Of a DNA stretch of 64,000 nucleotides, positions 55,682 to 64,000 are shown in pieces. Under the pieces are notes generated by a model. The model was not told where the DNA came from. It saw nothing but the letters and a program-made list of their open reading frames with translations, and made no database searches. Position 1 is the first letter of the stretch, and each line of letters starts with the position of its first letter. Source of the DNA: Salisapilia sapeloensis CBS 127946 (Eukaryota; Protista; Oomycota); NCBI GenBank assembly GCA_023334545.1, contig JAADVB010000081.1, positions 1 to 64,000 of the forward strand. Direction: 5' to 3'. A program made the translations under genes and the position numbers.

Positions 55682-57976
55682 ATGAGCGCCAGTATCGAAC
55701 CTCGAGCACATACGACGGCACTAAGCACCGTGGACGAAGAGGCTGGGAAACAGTCGGCTTCAAATGCTTCTGAGCTCTCATCCATGGACTTGGAATCTTC
55801 TGCTCGAGCTAGCAGCGTACATACCTTTTCTATCCTCCTGTTCATACGCATCATATCCACTTGGAAAATATAGGTCGAGAGTCCAGATAAGAAACCTCCT
55901 GATCGCTACGGGACTCCGGATGCAAAGGTGAAAGCCAGGTTACAGCACTTGTGGGCACAGCATACGACGTCGACGCCAGTAAGTGCCTTGAGAACGCTTT
56001 CGAGAGACTTTACGTTGCCACAAGTGCCTTCTGCCATCTTCCATGAAAGCTGCGCCAGTCTCAGAGACCAATTTCTGCGCGTACGAGACCGGTTTTCAGC
56101 GACAGGATCCAAGTCTCGATCGTCATCGCTAAATAAACCGCTGAAAAAGTCTTCCTGTCAATCCGATTCCTTGACAAAGAGACTGGCATTAGCTGTCGAT
56201 GCCATCGCTAGTCGGCCGCCGATAGACGATGCCCAGACGCTCGTGTGTGGTCCTATCGAGCACTGGTACGTGGAAGACTGTCGATTACGAAGGACAATCA
56301 TGTGTACTTCCTTGGAAGCTGGAGCAGCTGTCGTCGCTCGTATCGCGAACGCTGCGCAGCGAGAATCGTCGAATGAAAGCTTAAGTCCAGACTTGAACCT
56401 CCAGTGGGTAGACCAGTCGACGTGGTCCGTGACCGTCACGCTCGTGCTTCCGAAAGTCGGGTCTATCGCAGATGACCACGTCGCATTGGCACAGACGATC
56501 GAAGACGCGATCGTTTCGGACCAAACGCCAGCACAGGTGACACCGGATGACCTGCCATTAGAACGAGGCGCGTACTGCTGGAGCAATCAGTACGGGACGT
56601 TGGTACTAAAGAAAGAAAGTAATGAAGAAATTAGACAAGCAGAAACTTTAGATGAAGCTCCATCAGGTGATGTAAGACCGGCAGGACCACTACCGAGCGT
56701 ACCGGAGGATAGTCCATCGACCAAGGTCGAGCTAAACGTTCCGAATGCACCAGCAATGCCAGAGAAGATGGGCTGGCTGAAGAAAAAGACCGGTATCAAC
56801 TCGTGGAAACTTAGGTATTTTGAGCTCAAGGGGAATCATTTATATTATTTTAAAAACGATACGGACGGCATGCCAAAAGGAGCTATCCTCATGGACCAGA
56901 CACGAGTCACGCGAGCTCGGACGGACGATAAGACGTTCACCATCACAGCATCCAAGCTCCAAGGTTCGCTACAAGTTCTCAAGTTTTCCAGTCGAAAGAT
57001 GCATCATGCCTTCCCTCGCAAGTCTTTCGTCCTCCGCATCGATGACAAGGACGTCGCGAATGCATCGAGCTGGATCGACTTGCTCAATCGTGCCTCTCGA
57101 TACTGGCGCATGGACGACAATATGACTTCAGCGAACACGAAAGCCAACACAATACCTGCTTCGTCCTTCCGTCCAGGCTCTTCATCCTCTTCGTCCTCCA
57201 TCTCTACGCCTGCAGAGGATGATGGACACCACGTTTCTTCCTTTGGCATCTCGTCCATCCTCGAGAACGCTACGCTCCACCACTTTGGCAGTGTCAAGTA
57301 CTTGCAAGCAACAGATCCGCTCTTGTGGGAGATTCATCCACAAGACCAAGCAGGTATCCGCAAGCGAGCAGCAACCGCCCAGACGCGACAGGACTACCTG
57401 ACTATCTTCCACAAGCATGCGTCGACGTTCCGTCAGATCTTTCTCCCACGACCTCAATCGATCTCGCTCGAGCAGACACTTCGAGACATCCTACCCGAGC
57501 GCTTCGTCCTCGATGGAGCGCTCTTCGGAGGCGGCTTAGAAGGCGAATCAAAAGGACTTGAAGACATCTTCGATGACCTCGACGCCAAAGTCAAGCAGTA
57601 CGTAAGTGATCCAGGAGAACGTGTGCGAGCCGTCAGTGCCATTCTCCAGGCATGTGCTCGCACGATCAGCGGCGGCGACGCGTACTTTGTCGTGCACAAT
57701 CTCCTTGGGAACGACCTGATGGTTCTCCGTCCGGCCGAGAACCGCGGCCATCCGATCGAGATCAAGCGTCTCGTAGACCACCCTGGCAGCTTCCGTATCA
57801 CCGTCCATAGCTCCTTTTCCTTCCATCGAGTACGAGACGTCGAAGAGTTCTCGTCTCCAGAAGACGGACACGTGATGACACCGTCGGCACTGTTGTCGGT
57901 CCACACGCAGCACATCCAGGACTTTGATCTGGTCTCAAGCAAGTCGCTACGATGGTTGTGCGTCACGCCGGAATGA
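55682..57976 (+). CDS. Pterin-carbinolamine-dehydratase-like domain + PH domain + C-terminal domain protein, 2 exons
   Basis: Intron 55817-55873 supplies the ATG exon; PCD-like W..LRRT..IANAAQ..PDL..DHVALAQTIE; PH KMGWLKKK..WKLRYFEL..WIDLL. Confidence 0.78.
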
Positions 57977-58049
57977 AAAGATAGGTAGCGTACAAGTAAA
58001 GGAACGAGGTATCAAGTAGAGTTTTTTCTTTTGTCATGCCTGGCACTAG

Positions 58050-59024
58050 TTACTTGGCCTGCTCGTCGTGCAAAGGCGTTTGGAGACGATCCGCTAGTTG
58101 CTTGACCTTCCGGTACGATTCTCTATCTCTGTTCACAGACTTTCGCTTGCCAGTGTAGTACTCACTCGAGGCATGGACCTTGTAGCCAAATACTCGAGGG
58201 ACGTACGTCTGCGTCGGTGGCGACGGCACGAGCTGCGCGTGCGTCATAAGGAACATGTGTGCAAACGTCGTGCCAAAGTACGCGCCATCAATCTCTATGA
58301 GCCAAACATAAATATAAATAAGTATAAAAGTAGTGCACAAGGAAGAAGAAAACATACGTCCAGCGCGCTTGGACTTTGGAAAGTAAATGTCGCGGCATTT
58401 CGGACAAAAGACATTCACCGTCGTGTGGCGAGGGACGTCCGATTGACCGACAGGCAACACCGGCTGACCTTGGCAGTGGACGCGATGACACCGGCCAAAG
58501 TCGACGCTCTGGTACTTTTCCAGCATCGCCGCCATGCCCTTGGTCGTGAGAATGTATCGCTGGTGGATGAGACCGTAGAGCATTTCAGCTGCCGACTCGA
58601 TCATCTCCTGCTGGATCTGTGTGAGGCTCTGGTCGTGCGGAGCCTCAATGTCCAGGATAATGTCCAACGCATAGTCATAGTACGGGACGATGGCGCTGAG
58701 GCCAGTCAGGTTAAACTCATCCTCGATGTAGTCCTCATCGACTTCGCACAGGAAGGCGTTCTCGCGTAAGGAGCAGAACCATGCAATCCAGCTAGCCTCC
58801 TCTTCTTCCTCGCTCTCGTCCCCGTCCTGCTCGAACTCATCCTCGTCGCTCGAGTCGTCCATGGACGAGTCCTCCTCCTCGTCCTCGTCCTCTTCTCCTT
58901 CGCCCTGCTGTACGTCTCCCCGTCTCATCTGGAGGTTCTCCATGTTGTCCAGGAGGTCCTGAAGCTCATCTTCGTCCGCCGTCTTGCGCTGGCCAGGTGA
59001 CGAAGGCGGCACGGCCCCACTCAT
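58050..59024 (-). CDS. CKB: Casein kinase II regulatory beta subunit with acidic N-terminal extension
   Basis: [45 protein letters not shown]; 63-nt intron 58295-58357. Confidence 0.97.
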   Translation of the reverse strand: MSGAVPPSSPGQRKTADEDELQDLLDNMENLQMRRGDVQQGEGEEDEDEEEDSSMDDSSDEDEFEQDGDESEEEEEASWIAWFCSLRENAFLCEVDEDYIEDEFNLTGLSAIVPYYDYALDIILDIEAPHDQSLTQIQQEMIESAAEMLYGLIHQRYILTTKGMAAMLEKYQSVDFGRCHRVHCQGQPVLPVGQSDVPRHTTVNVFCPKCRDIYFPKSKRAGRMFSSSLCTTFILIYIYVWLIEIDGAYFGTTFAHMFLMTHAQLVPSPPTQTYVPRVFGYKVHASSEYYTGKRKSVNRDRESYRKVKQLADRLQTPLHDEQAK

Positions 59025-59793
59025 TCTAAGCTGCTAGCAACTCGTGTCTTCACGTATACAAAACGCAAGTCAATCCAATAATTGCGATTGTAGGCAGAAG
59101 AATCAGAATTATCTAGATAGTAGTCTCTCCATGGGAAAATTAATAGGAATATGCTCGCTTTACGAGGTAGGTCGAGTATGGCATGCGTGTGTATGGAGGT
59201 GGAGTACCCGGCATTTGGGGATTGGCGTAGGACGCAGAAGTGGTCGGGTGTGACTGATGTGATGAGACGTGTTCTGTTTGCAGTAGCAGGATGTCACAAG
59301 GTATCGAACGAAACACGCGGGCTACGACAGGATCGGTAGGAAAGCAGACTAGAATCGTCATAGGCGAATGGTGCGAGCTATCGACAACAAGCGTACAAGG
59401 TATCGTAAAGACGGTTTGAGCGACTAAGAATTCTTGAGCAACACATAGTTTACAGCGCATATACATCCAACTAGCTGATATTCACATCGAAACAAGCAAT
59501 AGCATGGCTCTATCCATGCCAAAAAAACGAGATAAAAGATCATAAAGATGACATCACCTCTTTATATAAAGCTACTAGTATACCCTATGTAACTTTACAA
59601 CCATCAAAGGCGTACAAAGATCAATACTGTACTTCATGGTCATCCAAGAGCCCGAAGCGAGCTCCGAGTACACTTCGTAGCATGCTTTGGCGCCAGTCCG
59701 AAGGATTTGATTCGTGTTTCCTCCATCCAATCAAAATACTACAAGAACCTCCTATCCTTGATATCAGGGCCCATGTCACAATAGCATTGGAAG

Positions 59794-60914
59794 ATGGCTC
59801 GAGGCTTCTACTCTGCGGATGGCGGTGCTGCTGAGCTCCTAAACAAACTCGTACCGGAGGAGATCATCGAGACTGGTCCATATGCCTACGTCGGTGACTC
59901 TCGTCGTGAAAATAAGGTCGAGGCGAATGCAGAGCCGGTGGAATTCAAAGGTATTAAGATCCAGGACTGTGTTGTCGGATGTAATAAGACCCACATCACG
60001 CCCATCGAGACGCTAGATGCGTACGTCTACTCCCTCTTACCTCTTTGCAATACACACCTGACCCAAAAGTAGTGTCGGGGAGGAAGCGCAACTGACGCCA
60101 CCCGAGATGGTCTTTGGCCACAATCAGCTCCTCTTCTACCACGAGCCTTCAGGCGTATGCTACAACTTTTTAGCAGTCGAAGCCCTTAAGGGCGCCCACT
60201 TCTCCTCACAAGATCGCAAAGACCAGGACGTCGTCTCGCAGCAGCAGCGACAGCTCAAGGTGTCCATCGCCAAGGAGAACTCGAACAAGTACGATTATAT
60301 CTATCTTTTCACTTTGCTGCCGCTAACTTTCGCTACAGGGAAGCCGTTAAGGAGCTCGATATCCCATACGACTGGACCTATACGACAGATTATCGGGGCA
60401 ACATCCAGCGAGTGACGAGGGACTCGACGGCTCCGAATGGATTCACTCAGTCTGATAACGTTCGTATCGAAGCGACGGAAGAGCGGATCGATTTGGAGAA
60501 ACTCAAGGAGAGAGAACCGATTCTATGGTTTGAAGACGTCGGGCTGTACGAAGATGAACTGCATGACCACGGCCTCTCCATCATGTCCGTCAAAGTGGTA
60601 CGTCCAGCATGTGTCTATCTTTTCACCACGATACCCACCTCTCTTCCTAGCGCGTGATGCCGTCCGGCGTTTACATTCTCGCGAGGTACTGGATGCGTCT
60701 AGATAACGTCGTTGTACGCCTGCACGAGACGCGTATCCATCACCTCTTCGGTCGCAACTACTTGCTCCGAGAGTTTAGCCGCAAGGAAGCGACGTTCGAC
60801 GAGCTCTTTGCTCAAGGACATCCGAAGGGCATGGCCAACTACACCAACATCGACACTTTCCAGCACTTGCTTCCCGTCCAAGAGACGTGTTATGAACGTG
60901 TAGTACTCGAGTAA
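59794..60914 (+). CDS. TIPRL: TIP41-like PP2A-family regulator, multi-exon
   Basis: PEMVFGHN, YDWTYTTDY, LYEDELHDHG, RYWMRLDNV..HETRI. Confidence 0.93.
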
Positions 60915-60954
60915 CTAGCAATACAAACGAGATGGAACGACATGTACTTGTACT

Positions 60955-63078
60955 TTATGTTTGGATCGGATGCGCGACACGAAGGTAGCCCGGGTGGATG
61001 TACTGGGACCACGCGAGGGACCTCCCGGGCGGTGGGTCACTACGATACATGTCCATGTCGTCGCCGACGTACCCAGCGAAGGTTTCGCGGGCGTTGAACG
61101 CATATGAACAGCAGAGCCACGACTCGGTGGCGGGAATGCCGTCCAGCACTACCGGGCACGGCTCTCGCCATCGCCACTTGGGGTTGTACTGAAGGATGCC
61201 ATTGAGGAAGAATGCAATGCGGCGCTGGTTCATGTCAATCGCGAGACCGACGGTGTCGCCGGCGCTGTACCGCAGCGCGGAGCCGACGACGCCGGCGGGA
61301 GAAACGATGCACCCATTGCACGAGTACGCTAGGACGCACTCACCAGAGGCATCACAGACGCCCACGGCCGTGTCCTCATTGCATTGCTTAGGAATACACG
61401 CTTCGAGGTAGTGGCAGCCGCTCGTGAAGAAGAGATGCTTCCGTCGGTGCATTGGAATGGAAATAAATGGCATGGTAGAGTCCACGTCCTCTCTTCTGAT
61501 CCTACCGAATACGTCTACGTCGTACGCAAGGAAAGTGGCGGTGCATCCGGAACAACGCGGGGAACATGCGACATACAGTATCGCGACGTCGCGCGTTCGC
61601 GCTGACGCTTGCGATCAGACATTTGCTTGAACAAGAAGCGTAGAAAGATGTATATTACTAGTTCGCCCACGTGAGCATGCCGCTGCTTTCATAGTAGCAC
61701 ACGAGCTGTAGCTTTACGAGTTCATCGACGGCACGCTGGCCGTCACGTTCGCTCGGACACGACTTGAGAAAGTCATTCAGGTCGAGCGTCTTGCGGCGTT
61801 TGCGATTCGAGTCTGCACGCTCCGGCGCTAAGTGCGCGTACAGTCGCTCCATCAACGGCCTCAAATCGGCGGACGGCGCGACAATGCGCAGGAGCTGGTG
61901 GAACCTCGTCTCAAGCTCCTGATGCTCAGACAAGAGGTCCTGGACCACACCTTCCTCCTAGTAGCTAGTATGAGTACGATGCGCTTGTACTAGTTTCAAT
62001 GATAAATACATAAGTAAGCTCTTCCTCGGCTTCCTTGAGCTCCTGTTCATACTGCGACGGCGTCTGGTGCTGCTCCGTGAGCGACGCATACGTGTCCTCG
62101 AGTACCTGTATCTCTTGCTGCAACCTACTAGATTCTCGCTCGAGCCGCTCCGTCTCTAAAGCGACATGATCTCCACTAGATTCTTCCTCCTCCTCTTCGT
62201 CGCCTTCATCCAGACGAGCATACTCGCTCTGGAGCTTCCCGACCGAGGTCGAAAGCTCCGAGATCTCTTCCTACGACTACGAGTGACTACCATGCAACTC
62301 CTTGTACTAGTTTTATAAGGTACTTGTAGCTGATCAATCTCTGTCTGTGGGTCGTCTTCCTCGCCGGAAGGAGTCGAGATGTCATGCTCCTGCCGTTTGA
62401 TCCGAATCGCTTCCTTGAGCGCTTTGGATTTCTACTTGATCTACTAAGACCTGCGTCGTGGGGATGCGACAAACCGACGTACCTCGATAGAAGACGCGAT
62501 CTGGTCCTCTACTTCACGCATGATACGACTATACTCTTTCTACTCGTGCATTAGAAGCCAGGAAGACACTTGAGACGACTAGACGTGCCTGTATCTCGAC
62601 ATCTCGACTCTCGACAATCTCCCGAACTTGTTCCTCTCGACGCTCCGACTCCCTCTCCGTCCGAGCCTTTCGAGCCTCGAGCTCCTTAACCAGCTCCATC
62701 CCTATGATCGACATGAGAAGAGCTCGGACCAAGACAAGCAGCAGCAGCACCTTGCTGGAGATGCTGCTCCACTTGGTCCACCGACGTCGCGTTCACGTCT
62801 GCATGTTCCTGTTTCCTCTTCACACTCACTGTCGCTCTCTACACCCCCATCAGCAAGTAGTCTATAGCCTTCGCTAGCCTCCTAGCAACGTACGAGCGAC
62901 GGCAGACCGGTCGATAAGAAGGTCTGCTGCGTCTGCTTTAGCCTCGCATCCAGCACCTCCTGCGCTCTCTCCAACTATTTTAACTATCAATACACATACA
63001 CCTCCTTCTTATCGACTTCCTGCAGACCTTGGCATTGCAAGAAGCGAGCTCCTGGACACACTGCTGCAGCTCGTCCAT
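60955..63078 (-). CDS. Multi-exon coiled-coil protein with C-terminal SPRY/B30.2 domain
   Basis: HYLEACI..VGVC, YSAGDTVGLAIDMNQRRIAFFLNG; coiled-coil exons joined by about 50-60-nt introns; exon boundaries partly uncertain. Confidence 0.72.
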
Positions 63079-63202
63079 CCGGTCGGAAGAGCTCGTGGTG
63101 ATGGATATCTTGTACCAGACATTTGCGTCCTCACCAGTGATCTCGTCATGGCGTCTGGTATCTAGGTCTCTCTCGCTCTTTATCTTCGTACCTGACACTA
63201 GT

Positions 63203-64000
63203 ATGACAGATACCTTACGTACGAAACTCTTTCTACGAGGCAAGCACGGCATTGAGTCGCTATGGGGACCTCCATCATCCAGTCAAGACGATGTCCAGAT
63301 CGAGAAACATGACTCCTTTGATCTGCCGCAAGCGGATGTGATGGTCTGTTCTCCTGATGGAAGGAACATCGTACTCGTGTCCACGGATAAGGGATTCAGC
63401 GTCCGAGATACACAAACGTAGGCAGTATCAAGTACATCTACTTTCCTACATATTTCTCATCGACCTCTTCTAGTGGACATGTCTCGATCGACATCGAGCA
63501 TAGTGGCATCCAAGCCATGGCGTGGTCTCCCAAAGGTAGCTACTTGATCTCATGGCAACGGCCGGTGAAAGACTCGGACGATGGAAACCTCATTGTATGG
63601 GACGCCGCCACGGGTGCCATCGCCACGCGTTTCCAGCAAAAGACTTATGCTCGCGACGTGCGTCCTCCTATCCACTACCTACCTGCCGTGCCTAACACGT
63701 CTATGATAGAAATGGCCGTCCCTCCAGTGGTCCTCGGACGAAGCCATCTGCGCCCGACTGAGCAACAACGGCGTCGTCGTCTACAACGGCAGTAACCTCG
63801 CCAGTGGTCCCGTCGGCAGCATCAACCAACCCGTACGTCTTCTTCCCTCCCTCTCCGATCCATCTAACACCTTGATAGGGCACGACCGTCTTTAGCGTCG
63901 CGCCTGGGAACGCACCGTACAAACTCGCGCTCTTCGTGCCGGAGAAGAAGGGCAAGCCCGCGAGCGTCCGCGTGTACCAGTTTCCGTCACTCGACACATG
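63203..64000 (+). CDS. EIF2A: Eukaryotic translation initiation factor 2A (partial, runs off the window)
   Basis: WSPKGSYLISWQRP..NLIVW, WPSLQWSSDEAI, YKLALFVPEKKGKPASVRVYQFP. Confidence 0.9.

Noticed and set aside
55474-55860. 128-aa minus ORF
   Set aside because: Shadow of the first exon of the PCD-PH gene and the end of the upstream gene

Overview
Very gene-dense eukaryotic DNA (about 50% GC, about 40 genes, GT-AG introns of about 45-70 nt, intergenic gaps often under 150 nt). Gene content, INR/FPR core-promoter motifs and flagellar genes (DNAAF1/ODA7, outer-arm dynein LC4) point to a zoospore-forming oomycete (inference). Recognisable genes: mitochondrial-type NDK, HYPK, cNMP-RGS protein, four-domain EEEE Ca2+ channel, Y14/RBM8A, bacterial-type Kv, TLK-like kinase, Jupiter/HN1-like PPGG protein, Sec63-like and CAAX J-proteins, FHA-RINGv-FHA, SulP-STAS-cNMP, ACSBG-like acyl-CoA synthetase, BED-finger/RraA fusion, HSP90, lipase, SAPS, CTNNBL1, CTF8, AstE/AspA-like, MINPP1, class II FBA, Ysc84-domain protein, RAD18, GCIP, PCD-like/PH protein, CK2 beta, TIPRL, SPRY protein and partial eIF2A. 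No rRNA, tRNA, CRISPR or intact transposon was seen. The most unusual items are: (1) a 56-bp intergenic hairpin at 35231-35379 with strongly strand-biased G:U pairs (pre-miRNA/hpRNA-like); (2) a spliced in-frame fusion of a hAT-type BED finger to an RraA/HMG-aldolase domain; (3) a Jupiter/HN1-like protein whose N-terminal exon is missed by the ORF track; (4) a cNMP-RGS / Cav / Kv signalling cluster; (5) a 31-nt tandem stem-loop array with a compensatory change in a shared 3' UTR. All gene models were built by eye from splice signals and frame continuity; no database searches were run.
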